DNA of 64,000 bases from a virus (lineage: Duplodnaviria > Caudoviricetes): positions 1-64,000 of IMG/VR virus record IMGVR_UViG_3300033073_001635; one strand, 5' to 3'. Positions 15,987 to 25,962 of the stretch are shown one piece after another. The notes beneath the pieces are model-generated. The model was not told the DNA's origin and searched no databases. It saw nothing but the letters and a program-made list of their open reading frames with translations. Every line of letters starts with the position of its first letter. Position 1 is the stretch's first letter. Made by a program: the position numbers and the translations under genes.

Positions 15987-17180
15987 TGTTTCAACAAAGC
16001 ACATTCAGTTTCTTACTCTGTACTTACATATGTAACCGCTTATTTAAAAGCTAATTATCCAGTAGAATTTTTTACTGCGTTAATGAGTACTAGATCTAAA
16101 ACTTTACAACCAAAAACTTGGGCTGTTAAGGCTCCAGAGTATATTAATGAAGCAAAACATTTTGGGGTTGATATATTCCCACCTGATATTAATCGTAGCA
16201 GTTTTGAGTTTACTATTCACAATAATGAGATCTATTTTGGATTAAATGCAATTAGAGATGTGGGTGGTACTGCTGCTAAATATATTATTAGTGCACGTGG
16301 AAATACACCATTTAAAGATATCTGGGATTTTATTAATCGAGTAAATACTCAAAAAGTTAATACTAAAGTTTTTCAAGGTTTAGTCAAAGCAGGTGCATTT
16401 GATAAATTAGGATATGTGCGTTCAGAATTATTAGAAAATGTAGATTCCATTTATTCTTATTTAAAAGATATAGAAGAATTTAATCAAAGAAAATTAGACA
16501 TTATAGAACGAAACAAAAGAAATGAAGAAATATTACCTCTAATTGAAAAAAGAAATTTTTTAAGAAATGAGTTAGTAAAAGCAAAAAGAAAATTAATTAA
16601 ATCTCCAGATGATATTCAACTTCAAAATAAAATTACACAACTAGAAGAAGATTTACTTCCATTAGAAGAAATGGAATTGAAAAAAGCTGTAGATTTAAAA
16701 GAAAAAGAATTACCAGATTTACCAACTTTCAATAGAGTTAAAACCGTACCAATTAATTTAAAGGAAATCCTAGATCAAGCTTCTTATATCGGTTGCTATA
16801 TTGGTGGACATCCATTACATATGACAAATATAGATAGAGAAGATTTAGAATCTGTAGAAGAAAATTTTAGATATAAAGTAGCTGGAGTAGTTTTATCTCA
16901 AAAGATTCTCAATACTAAAACAGGCAAAAAAATGGCTATTTTAGAAATTGATGATTCTACAAAAGCTGCTGAAATTGTAGTCTTTCCTCAAAAATACGAA
17001 GAATATGCTACTTTACAAATTGAAGAAGGTGATATTATAATCGCTGAAGTTAAAGTAGAATCAATAGAACCAGATATAAAACTTATTGCAAATAAGTTTT
17101 ACAAACACCAATGGAATAAAGATGACGACATACAAGAAAACTTATCTATGGACTCCTCAAGAGGATCAAATCCTTTTTAA
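15879..17180 (+). CDS. dnaE: DNA polymerase III alpha, fragment C: split-intein C-half fused to fingers C-part, HhH and OB domains
   Basis: VYDISV...GVVVSN|CFNKAHSVSY, YLKANYPVEF, PPDINRS, FGLNAIRDVG, LVKAGAFD, and an OB-fold TKTGKKMA...VVFP. Confidence 0.95.
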   Translation: MQIKSKTFIGQQPVYDISVDSPHHDFQLENGVVVSNCFNKAHSVSYSVLTYVTAYLKANYPVEFFTALMSTRSKTLQPKTWAVKAPEYINEAKHFGVDIFPPDINRSSFEFTIHNNEIYFGLNAIRDVGGTAAKYIISARGNTPFKDIWDFINRVNTQKVNTKVFQGLVKAGAFDKLGYVRSELLENVDSIYSYLKDIEEFNQRKLDIIERNKRNEEILPLIEKRNFLRNELVKAKRKLIKSPDDIQLQNKITQLEEDLLPLEEMELKKAVDLKEKELPDLPTFNRVKTVPINLKEILDQASYIGCYIGGHPLHMTNIDREDLESVEENFRYKVAGVVLSQKILNTKTGKKMAILEIDDSTKAAEIVVFPQKYEEYATLQIEEGDIIIAEVKVESIEPDIKLIANKFYKHQWNKDDDIQENLSMDSSRGSNPF

Positions 17181-18228
17181 ATATCAACATATTAAAAACC
17201 CTGTTGAAATTTCAGATATTATAAATCAATACTATGATAAAAAAGTTCCTGGTTTTATTTGTAATAGAACTCCTGATGCAGTTAGAAATAGAATTTATAG
17301 AGGCAGACTTTCAGAATATCCAGTTTTAGTACAACCCAAAGATGATCCATTTCAACAACGTTGGGATCATATTGCAGAGTGTATTGAAGAATATACTTTA
17401 GAATCAGAACAATTAAAAATAGGTATTACTGATCATCAAACAAGAAAGATCTTGACATTTAGTGATTTACATATACCATTCTTTATGCATGAAGAAATAA
17501 AAAGAGCATGTCAAGTGCATTCAGATGCAGATATTGTTGTTCTAAATGGCGATATTTTAGATGGTTATATTTTTAGTACATATGCCAAATCTAAAAGAGT
17601 TGCTGCTATAAAAGAATATATGGCTGCATTTGATCTTGTATACTTTTTATCATGTAATTTTAGCAAAGTAGTGATTGTTTCAGGTAATCATGATGCACGA
17701 ACTTCTAGAGCTTTAGCATCTAATGGTTTTGAACAAGAAGCTTCTCAAGTATTTAGACCTGATCTTTTAGCTAGAATTGCTTCTGGTGAAGAACTTGATA
17801 AACTTGGAAATCTTGTAAAGAAACATGATTTCTCAAATGTAGTTTATGAAAGATTTGATTCTTGGTATGTAAGAATTGGAAAAACCATTTTCTGTCACCC
17901 TGATGGTTTTTCTAACTCTTACCCAGGTGCAACAGTTGTAAAACTACTAGATCACTTTTCAGCTAGATTAAAAAATGAAGAGTTTGACTCTATTGTTGTA
18001 GGTCACACTCACAAACAGTATAAAGGAATTGTAGGTAATAAACTTTTGATAGAGCAAGGTGCTATGGCGCATAGATTACCTTATCAATTTAAAGCTGACC
18101 TTAAATTTAAAAATGCTGTCAATGGCTATGCCATTATTTACCATGATTCTAATGGTAATACAGACTTTAATTATTCTACACCTGTGTATTTAGGTACACA
18201 TCTACCCGTAAAGAAAGGCGCTCTCTAA
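17122..18228 (+). CDS. calcineurin-like metallophosphoesterase with N-terminal Myb/HTH-like domain
   Basis: SDLHIP, NGDILD, SGNHD, HPD and GHTH motifs; WTPQEDQIL...RTPDAVRNR N-terminus. Probable start ATG 17122. Confidence 0.85.
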   Translation: MTTYKKTYLWTPQEDQILFKYQHIKNPVEISDIINQYYDKKVPGFICNRTPDAVRNRIYRGRLSEYPVLVQPKDDPFQQRWDHIAECIEEYTLESEQLKIGITDHQTRKILTFSDLHIPFFMHEEIKRACQVHSDADIVVLNGDILDGYIFSTYAKSKRVAAIKEYMAAFDLVYFLSCNFSKVVIVSGNHDARTSRALASNGFEQEASQVFRPDLLARIASGEELDKLGNLVKKHDFSNVVYERFDSWYVRIGKTIFCHPDGFSNSYPGATVVKLLDHFSARLKNEEFDSIVVGHTHKQYKGIVGNKLLIEQGAMAHRLPYQFKADLKFKNAVNGYAIIYHDSNGNTDFNYSTPVYLGTHLPVKKGAL

Positions 18229-18229
18229 A

Positions 18230-18541
18230 ATGGAAGCACAAAAATCAACACAAGAAAAAGTACAAGAACTTGTTAATATTCTACAAGCACACGAAATGAG
18301 AATTGAATATAATTTCAATGCAATGCTTCAATTGTCTATGTTAGTAGAATATTTATATGAAAAGCTAGCAGAACAAAAGATTGAAATCAACATGGAAGGA
18401 TTCCAAGATTTTCAAAAGAAAAGACTTGAAGAAATTGATGAATCATACAAAGAAATGAATGAAAATCCAGAATTAAAAGCAAAAGTTACAGAAACAATTA
18501 GTGAAATGCAAAAAGAAATTCAAGAAAGAATCAAACTATAA
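18230..18541 (+). CDS. hypothetical helical protein
   Basis: 103-aa ORF within the operon. Confidence 0.6.
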   Translation: MEAQKSTQEKVQELVNILQAHEMRIEYNFNAMLQLSMLVEYLYEKLAEQKIEINMEGFQDFQKKRLEEIDESYKEMNENPELKAKVTETISEMQKEIQERIKL

Positions 18542-19566
18542 TGTCTTGGTCTTTTATTAATCATATTACAAATTATTTAGATAGACGAATTTTAGACGAA
18601 CAAAAGCACCCTACACAATGGCCTTCAGAAGCAACATCAATTATTACAAATTCTCATGGAGAAGAAGAAGTAGTTGGTAAATGTAGAAGAGCAAACTATT
18701 TTAGATATCTTATGGATTTATATTCATTTGATGACGAAACTTATTCAAAAGATATTGATTTAGTTAAAGCCTTGCATAAAAATTCAATACCTCCCGATAC
18801 ATATGTAAAATGGATTTGGAAACAAGGTGAAATCTATGAACAATATTGTGTAGATCTTGCTAAAGAAGCAGGTGTATTTATTGCAACACAAGTTGCTGTT
18901 TATATTCCTAAATTGAATGTTTCTGGCAAAATAGATTTAGTAGTTATTAATCCAGAGACACATAAATATCATATTATTGAAGTAAAATCAGTATATGGTT
19001 TTAATGCTAATAGCGTTATGGGTACTTCAAGCGATCATAAAAAAGGTGAACTTGGAAAACCTAGAGATTCTCACTTAATGCAAATTGGATTGTATCAATG
19101 GTGGTATGGCAATGTGCATGATGATTTTGCAGAAGCACTATTAATTTATGGTTCTAGAGATACTGGTAGATATGCTGAATATAAAATTACAGTAGAAAAA
19201 GGCGAAGATGATTTAGATTATATTTTTTATGAAGGGAATAATCCTATTTCTACTCAAAAAATTAATTCTGGAATCACTATGCAAAGTATTTGTGCACAAT
19301 ATAAATTAATTAAAGATTCTGTAGATTCAGGAATTATTCCTGGTAGAGATTATGAATTAGTTTATTCAGATGAAAAAATTGATTTACTTTATCAAAGAAA
19401 TGAACTTAACAAAACTGAAACTGCACAATATGAGAAAAGATTAGCTCAAATAGCAGAAGGTAAAGAAAAATTAAATAAACAAGTAGAAAAGGGTGATTGG
19501 CAATGTGATCTTTGCCAATACAAAAATATCTGTTATGACAATGAAAAGAAACCAAGAGAAATTTAA
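18541..19566 (+). CDS. Cas4/AddB-like PD-(D/E)xK exonuclease with Fe-S cysteines
   Basis: GKIDLV...IIEVKS, QIGLY, an N-terminal Cys (GKCRR) and a C-terminal CDLCQYKNIC. Confidence 0.82.
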   Translation: MSWSFINHITNYLDRRILDEQKHPTQWPSEATSIITNSHGEEEVVGKCRRANYFRYLMDLYSFDDETYSKDIDLVKALHKNSIPPDTYVKWIWKQGEIYEQYCVDLAKEAGVFIATQVAVYIPKLNVSGKIDLVVINPETHKYHIIEVKSVYGFNANSVMGTSSDHKKGELGKPRDSHLMQIGLYQWWYGNVHDDFAEALLIYGSRDTGRYAEYKITVEKGEDDLDYIFYEGNNPISTQKINSGITMQSICAQYKLIKDSVDSGIIPGRDYELVYSDEKIDLLYQRNELNKTETAQYEKRLAQIAEGKEKLNKQVEKGDWQCDLCQYKNICYDNEKKPREI

Positions 19567-19771
19567 TTACTTTGTTGACTTAAAAAGAAACACAATAGTA
19601 ACAACTTATGGTCCATATGATACAAAAGAAAACGCTCTAGATATTTTCTTACAAATCTCTAGAGAGTTTAGAAAAGTTTCTGCAATGACGCTTTCATTAT
19701 ATGAACTAAAAGAATCTCAAAAAAAGAAAATTTTACTAAAACAAAATCTAACTTACTTTGGAGTAAATTAA
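19538..19771 (+). CDS. hypothetical protein
   Basis: Small ORF (YGPYDTKENA); start position uncertain. Confidence 0.45.
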   Translation, partial: TMKRNQEKFNYFVDLKRNTIVTTYGPYDTKENALDIFLQISREFRKVSAMTLSLYELKESQKKKILLKQNLTYFGVN

Positions 19772-20835
19772 TGATTTTCGAAAGAAACTTGCAAACTTTT
19801 AAAGAATTGAATCTATCAGTAAAAGATGTATTACTTGTACCTGATTGTGGAATTTTAAAATCAAGATCAGAAGCATCTCTTTTGCCATACATGTTCTCTG
19901 CACCTATGGACACAGTAACAGGATATGATTTGGCAAAAGTAATGATTGAACACAATCAGCTACCAGTACTAAGTAGATTCTTAGACGAATCAGAAAGAAT
20001 TAAAGCTTTCTTTGCATTTTCAAATTATAAAAATAATTTTTGGTGGGCTGTAAGTTCTGATTTTGATTATGAAAAAAACTTTTTAGAACAATTAAGAGCA
20101 CATATAGATCCTAATGAAAAGATTAATATTTGCATAGATGTAGCTCATGGAGATACAGATTACATGCATGAAGTCTATTCTAAATGGAGAAAATTATCTT
20201 ATGTAAAAGATATAATGTCTGGAAGTATTGCAACTTCAACAGCAGCTTTAAGATGCATTGATTCTGGATGTAATTACCTTAGAGTAGGTATTGGGCCAGG
20301 AGCTGCATGTACTACAAGGTTAGTAACTGGCGTTGGAGTACCTCAATTATCTGCTATTTTTGATATTTACAATTCAGTAAACAAAGCAGGTTTACTAGAT
20401 GAAATAATGATAATTGCAGATGGAGGTATTACTTCTAGTGGCGATGCAGTTAAATATTTTGCTGCAGGTGCAACTCATATAATGCTAGGTAAATTACTAT
20501 CTTATAGTGAAGAATCAGCAGGCTGGGATATGCCAGATTTGATTACAGCAATTAAGTTAAGATCAAGAAATAAAGTTAAAAAGTATAGAGGCCAAGCAAG
20601 TAAAGATTTTCAATTATCTCAATATGGCGTAGCTAAAAATGTTGAAGGTGAAAGTTCTCAATACTTTAATCCAAAATACACCTATAAAGAATTACTAGAA
20701 AAGTTTAATGATGGATTGCAATCAGCAATTAGTTATCTTGGAATTCAAGATTTATCTGATATTAATCCAAAGAATGTAGAATTTAGAAAAATCACAATGA
20801 ATGGTTGGCAAGAATCAAATGTCAATTTAAGCTAG
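19771..20835 (+). CDS. guaC: IMPDH/GMP reductase family, most likely GMP reductase
   Basis: SAPMDTVT, IDVAHG, GIGPGAACTTR, IADGGI. No CBS pair. The flap GQAS...KNVEG lacks the IMPDH Arg-Tyr dyad. Confidence 0.75.
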   Translation: MIFERNLQTFKELNLSVKDVLLVPDCGILKSRSEASLLPYMFSAPMDTVTGYDLAKVMIEHNQLPVLSRFLDESERIKAFFAFSNYKNNFWWAVSSDFDYEKNFLEQLRAHIDPNEKINICIDVAHGDTDYMHEVYSKWRKLSYVKDIMSGSIATSTAALRCIDSGCNYLRVGIGPGAACTTRLVTGVGVPQLSAIFDIYNSVNKAGLLDEIMIIADGGITSSGDAVKYFAAGATHIMLGKLLSYSEESAGWDMPDLITAIKLRSRNKVKKYRGQASKDFQLSQYGVAKNVEGESSQYFNPKYTYKELLEKFNDGLQSAISYLGIQDLSDINPKNVEFRKITMNGWQESNVNLS

Positions 20836-21049
20836 AAAAATAGCGTTAATAATTACACGATTTTTAGTGTAAATATTTACATTGTTTTTCTTTGTAAAAA
20901 TGACATTTGCAAGTTTTAGCTAATCACTAAAAAGACAACAATGTAAGTATTTGATATATTTGAATAAAAAAGAAATATAAAAAACTTATTTGTATTTTAA
21001 AACACAAATCTATACACACAATGTATAATAACATGTAAAGGACTCTAAT

Positions 21050-23548
21050 ATGTATGTAACTGATATAAATGAAGCAGTCACACTGCTTCGTTCAAATTTA
21101 AAAGAGTATTTAATTAAAAAATTAGGAATTGATGCAAGCTCATCTAAATTAAAATGCTTTGCACATGATGACAATGATCCATCCATGCATTTTAATCCTA
21201 AAACTGCAAATGAAACTGTAAAGTGTTTTTCATGCGGGTTTACTGGTGATATATTTGCAGCTGCAAATATACTTGATAATTTACCACTTAATGGCCCAGA
21301 ATGGTTACATGTAACCATTCCTACACTATGTGAATATTTAAAGATCCCATATTCACCAGGAGAACTTTCTCTTTTAGAAAAAGAGAAAATAAATCTATAT
21401 AAACTTGCTGCAGATATATCAGATATTCTTTCAAATCAAAGAAATGTAGATATTCCTTATTTGGTTGAAAGGAATTGGATTCAACAATCTTGTGTAATTG
21501 GTCAAATCTCAGAAAGTGATTTAGTTGCTCAATTAGTAAAGAAAGGCTGGGAAGCTTCATTTATTAATCAAAGCAATTTTATTAAAACTAAATTTCATTC
21601 ATTTTTTGGTTTAGATAAAATCACTTTTGCAATTAAAGATCATGTTAAAAGAACTATTGGTTTTGCATGTAGAAATTTAATAGTAAATGATCATCAACCA
21701 AAGTATGTAAATAATCCAGAAACCCATATTTACAAAAAATCACAAGTACTTATGGGTATTGATGTGGCTTTACAATCTGCAAAGAAGAATGGCTTATATA
21801 TTCTAGAAGGCCAAGGTGATTTGATGCAGTTGTATAGATTAGGAATTACCAATGCAGTAGCTGTTTGTGGAACAGCATTAACAGAATCGCACCTTATTTA
21901 TTTAAAAACTTTAGGTATCAAAAAGATTTTCTTAAACTTTGATTGGGACAAAGCAGGTTATGCAGCTACTCAAAGAATCTTAGAAAATATTCTTAAAGCA
22001 ACTAGTGGTATATCTTGTTATGTAGTAATGCCTCCTAAAGGATCTCAAGCTAAAGATCCAGATGAATTATTGAAAACAGTAGATGATCCAGAGGTTTATT
22101 TATCTTTAGATAAAGTATCATCATTTGATTGGTTGATGAAAACTTTTAGTGATACAGAATCTCCAGATTCTATTTGTATGAAAATGATTCCTGTGATTGC
22201 TGCAGAAGATACAGCAATCAAAAGAGAATTATTAATTAATGCATTATCAAAATTTACAGGTATTAGTGAAACTTCAATTAATACAGATGTAAACTCTATT
22301 AGAAATAACAAATTCAATGAGAAATTAGATAGATTAAAAGGCGCTGCAGAAAAGTACACTAAAGAAGTAGAAGAAGATCCTGATGGAATTAGATCTCATA
22401 TGGCTAATCATGAATTAGCAATTGAAGCTATCGAAAAGGAATACAGGAATAATACTATTGGTATTAACTATCAATTAACTAGATTTGATGCAATTCAACA
22501 ACAAAGAGAAGAATCTACATCTGATGAACAAGCTACTTCATTCAAAATGAATTATTTTAATTTCTTTGAAACTAGTTTAGCAGGTGGTATGAATTGGGCG
22601 TCTGGTTGTTTAGTATATGTAGGTGGTCGTGCTAATAGTGGTAAAACTGCAACTTGTCTTATGATTGGTACTGATATTGCTAATAGTGATGAAAATGCAT
22701 TAGTAATTATTCATAGTACAGATGATTCATATGAACAAATCGAGCCACGCATTAAAACAAACTTATATAGAATGAATACTGTAAATCCATTGCCATTAAC
22801 TATTGGTATGATGGTGCAACCTAATATCAATCTAAAAGACAAATCTCAAGAATATAAAGATGCTTGGGAAACTACAAATCAACGTTTTAGAGAATTGATT
22901 GAACAAGAAAGATTAGTTATTATTGATTCTGAAGATGGTGCTACACTGTCTGTATTAGAAAAGAATTTAAGATACTATAGGCAACGTTATCCTAATAAAA
23001 AGATAATGCTTATTTGCGATAATACTATGAATTATATGGATTTTCTAAATCTAGATCAAACTGCAAGAATTACTCAAATTAGTAATATGCAAAAGAATCT
23101 AACAGTAAAATACAAATGCTGTATGATTGCTACTGCAGAGTATAGAAAGAATATGCCAATGGATTATAGTAAATTTAGATTACCTGTAGATGATGATCTT
23201 GCTGATGCACGTGCATTAATGTATAGACCTAATATTATTTTTCACGTTTACAATGATATTCATGATCGTAAAGAACATGCAGAAATTTTCTGGAATGATA
23301 TAGATGGTAATATGCGCCCAAGATTACTCTTGAATTTTACTAAAAATAAGATATCTTCATTTAAAGAAAAGATGTTCTTGGATTTAGATCCTACAAGTGT
23401 AACTTTAAAACCAGTAAATCCAAAAACAGCAACTGACCAAACTGAAAAATATAGAGAACTTAAAGAACAAGGGATTGTGGAATCCGATGGTAAAAAAGTT
23501 CTCTATGTAGAAGCTGATGATTATGAATCAGAAGATAGCGAGGATTAA
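21050..23548 (+). CDS. dnaG: DnaG-type primase fused to a DnaB-like helicase
   Basis: CHC2 zinc finger (CFAHDDNDPS...CFSC), PKYVNNPET, TOPRIM EG...D and DWDKAG, DPDE, Walker A GGRANSGKT. Confidence 0.9.
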   Translation: MYVTDINEAVTLLRSNLKEYLIKKLGIDASSSKLKCFAHDDNDPSMHFNPKTANETVKCFSCGFTGDIFAAANILDNLPLNGPEWLHVTIPTLCEYLKIPYSPGELSLLEKEKINLYKLAADISDILSNQRNVDIPYLVERNWIQQSCVIGQISESDLVAQLVKKGWEASFINQSNFIKTKFHSFFGLDKITFAIKDHVKRTIGFACRNLIVNDHQPKYVNNPETHIYKKSQVLMGIDVALQSAKKNGLYILEGQGDLMQLYRLGITNAVAVCGTALTESHLIYLKTLGIKKIFLNFDWDKAGYAATQRILENILKATSGISCYVVMPPKGSQAKDPDELLKTVDDPEVYLSLDKVSSFDWLMKTFSDTESPDSICMKMIPVIAAEDTAIKRELLINALSKFTGISETSINTDVNSIRNNKFNEKLDRLKGAAEKYTKEVEEDPDGIRSHMANHELAIEAIEKEYRNNTIGINYQLTRFDAIQQQREESTSDEQATSFKMNYFNFFETSLAGGMNWASGCLVYVGGRANSGKTATCLMIGTDIANSDENALVIIHSTDDSYEQIEPRIKTNLYRMNTVNPLPLTIGMMVQPNINLKDKSQEYKDAWETTNQRFRELIEQERLVIIDSEDGATLSVLEKNLRYYRQRYPNKKIMLICDNTMNYMDFLNLDQTARITQISNMQKNLTVKYKCCMIATAEYRKNMPMDYSKFRLPVDDDLADARALMYRPNIIFHVYNDIHDRKEHAEIFWNDIDGNMRPRLLLNFTKNKISSFKEKMFLDLDPTSVTLKPVNPKTATDQTEKYRELKEQGIVESDGKKVLYVEADDYESEDSED

Positions 23549-23841
23549 TGAACGACAAGTCTTTAGGCATTTATGTTAACTCTGAAAAGAAATTTTATTA
23601 TCTTGAATCTGGAGATAACTATGTAGCAAATACAATTGATAGAATTAAAAAAGCTTTAGTAGCAAGAGGTATTATTAAAACACCAACAGGGGCTTCTTAT
23701 GCTCCTCAAGGATATGAAATTATTTCTTGTTTACAAGCTAAAGCAAAAGAATATTCAATGGTACCTATTTACATTAGTAAAAATGTAGAAGAAGCATTTG
23801 CTAAAAAAGCTGAAACACCAAAAGACAGCATGTTTAAATGA
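23548..23841 (+). CDS. hypothetical protein
   Basis: 97 aa with TAATG coupling to the previous gene. Confidence 0.6.
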   Translation: MNDKSLGIYVNSEKKFYYLESGDNYVANTIDRIKKALVARGIIKTPTGASYAPQGYEIISCLQAKAKEYSMVPIYISKNVEEAFAKKAETPKDSMFK

Positions 23842-24605
23842 ATATACAAGTTAGTGAATTGAGGACATATTCTGTATGTCCATATCTTTATAAATTAAAC
23901 GCATTTATTGACTATGAAAATGAATTACAAATTGCATGTAAAGAAGTTGTAGAAAAATTTATTTTATTGCAATTACGTTATGAAAATAACTTTGATTTTG
24001 ATTTTGAAATTACAAAAATAGTAAACGAAGCTGTAAACAGAGTAACTAAAAATATAGAAAATGAGCGTCAAAAAGAAATTAATGTAGATCTTTTCACTAA
24101 TAGTTTAAATGTGTTTATTTCAAATTACTTTGAAAAATTCCCAAGAAATAGATTTATACCTATTACAGGACACTTTAATCCATTGGTACAAATAAGCAAT
24201 ACAGTTATTGAATTGGATTTTTGTGGTATAATCAAAGATCTAAATACTAAATCTATTCATTTCTTATATATGCTACCAAAAGTAAAAGATACAAATCTAG
24301 AATGGGATTTAGGAATTAATGCAACATTGATATATGGCAAACGTTTTGCAAGTGAATATTTGCATATTCCAAATATTAATATTTACATACATGCTTTCGA
24401 TATTTTTTCCGAAAATAGATTTCATAAAAGTCCAAACGCAATGTATTACAAAGAAATTAAATTAAGAGATTTAGATCAAAAAAATAAAAGTTTTTTAATT
24501 ACACATATTAAAAGATTTGAACAAGATAAAGATCTTTTAAGAATACCGTACTGCGTCAACATCAGTTGTCCAAAAAGAAAGGAATGCCAAAATGAATCAT
24601 GGTGA
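23838..24605 (+). CDS. degenerate Cas4/RecB-like nuclease-fold protein
   Basis: SELRTYSVCPY N-terminus and C-x4-C-x5-C C-terminus, but no clear PD-(D/E)xK catalytic motif. Confidence 0.5.
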   Translation: MNIQVSELRTYSVCPYLYKLNAFIDYENELQIACKEVVEKFILLQLRYENNFDFDFEITKIVNEAVNRVTKNIENERQKEINVDLFTNSLNVFISNYFEKFPRNRFIPITGHFNPLVQISNTVIELDFCGIIKDLNTKSIHFLYMLPKVKDTNLEWDLGINATLIYGKRFASEYLHIPNINIYIHAFDIFSENRFHKSPNAMYYKEIKLRDLDQKNKSFLITHIKRFEQDKDLLRIPYCVNISCPKRKECQNESW

Positions 24606-24888
24606 GTTTATTTTAGCTAGTAAAAATAGAATCCAATTACCTGAATATACTTTTCAAGGAGGTCCATGGACTCACCTTGCAACAGCGACTAGAGGGTTTA
24701 AAGAGTATGTAGCATTACTACATGAACCTTCTCAAGAAATTTATCTCGAAGAAATTTCAGCATTAGGTCAATTTCAAAAAATTGAAAACGAAACTGAATG
24801 GCAAGAACTTTTACAATTCTTCTTTAGTAAAGGCATTGTTGGTTTTGTAAAAGATAGAGAAGTTGTAACAGGAAAATGGGAAGGGTAA
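24592..24888 (+). CDS. hypothetical protein
   Basis: 98 aa with AAGGA SD. Confidence 0.6.
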   Translation: MNHGEFILASKNRIQLPEYTFQGGPWTHLATATRGFKEYVALLHEPSQEIYLEEISALGQFQKIENETEWQELLQFFFSKGIVGFVKDREVVTGKWEG

Positions 24889-25313
24889 AAACTGCATGGA
24901 AAAATCAATTTTTCCATTATGAAAATGCATCTGACTTTCATAACAAAGTTAGAGAAATTTTTTGCACAGATACATATTTTAAACAAATTCAATGCTATCA
25001 AGAAGTTTTAGTTTCATCGCTTGTTGAAACTTATCCTAATAATTTAGATGCAGTTGACTGGTATATAGAAACTTTAAATTGTGTTATTGAATTACATGGA
25101 GAACAGCATTATAAACCAACAAGTTTTGGAAATGAATCTGCTCTACAAAAACGCATTAATTTCAATAATATAAGATATAGAGACAATAAAAAGAAGACTG
25201 CACTATTAGATTCTGGTTACAATTATATTGAGATACCTTACAATTTAAAGTATAAACTAGATGCAGAGTTTTTAAAAACTCTAATCTATAAACCAGGAGA
25301 TAATAATGGATAA
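24876..25313 (+). CDS. Vsr/DUF559-like endonuclease
   Basis: VDWYI...VIELHGEQHY...RDNKKK...GYNYIEIPY. Confidence 0.7.
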   Translation: MGRVKTAWKNQFFHYENASDFHNKVREIFCTDTYFKQIQCYQEVLVSSLVETYPNNLDAVDWYIETLNCVIELHGEQHYKPTSFGNESALQKRINFNNIRYRDNKKKTALLDSGYNYIEIPYNLKYKLDAEFLKTLIYKPGDNNG

Positions 25314-25962
25314 GAAAGAAATATTAGAATTAATTGCAGCATTAGAAATAAATGAATCTGACAAAGAATTTAAACACTATTGGAATCCTTCAGATGTGAA
25401 ATTTTTTGGTTTAGAAAGTCGAACTATCTGTTTTAAAGATGAAATTGATAAAGACTCTGCAACTGCATTAATTAGTCAATTAATGGAATTAGACAAAATA
25501 AGCCACGAACAAATAACTTTAATTTTAAATACTGATGGTGGAGAAGTCTCTTCTTCTTTAGCAATTTATGATTGTATTAAAAATATACAATCTCCTGTTA
25601 TTATTTATGTTACAGGGATTTGTGCATCTGGAGGATTAATTATCTTAGCTGCTGGTGATTATAGAATAGCAAGTGAAAATAGTTTATTCTTTTATCATCA
25701 AGTAGTTATGTCTTATATTGAAGTTTTATCTACTGAACAAATTCAATCAATGCAAGATTTGTATAATTTAAATCAATTGCAAATGGATAGAATCTTAAAG
25801 AAGAGAACTAAGATTAAAGAAAAAGATTGGAAAGAAAGTTTTCAAGGCAGAACAAGTTTCTATTTTACTGCAGAACAAGCATTAAAATTTGGTTTTATAG
25901 ATTTAATAGATATTCCTGAACCTAAAAAATATAAGTTCAAGATCAAGGATAAAACAAAATGA
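25306..25962 (+). CDS. clpP: ClpP-family serine protease
   Basis: LNTDGGEV, GICASGG (catalytic Ser), YHQ (His), FTAEQALKFGFID. Confidence 0.85.
   Translation: MDKKEILELIAALEINESDKEFKHYWNPSDVKFFGLESRTICFKDEIDKDSATALISQLMELDKISHEQITLILNTDGGEVSSSLAIYDCIKNIQSPVIIYVTGICASGGLIILAAGDYRIASENSLFFYHQVVMSYIEVLSTEQIQSMQDLYNLNQLQMDRILKKRTKIKEKDWKESFQGRTSFYFTAEQALKFGFIDLIDIPEPKKYKFKIKDKTK

Noticed and set aside
18541-19566. CRISPR-Cas system suggested by the Cas4-like gene
   Set aside because: No repeat-spacer array or other cas genes are visible. Solo Cas4-like nucleases are common in phages.
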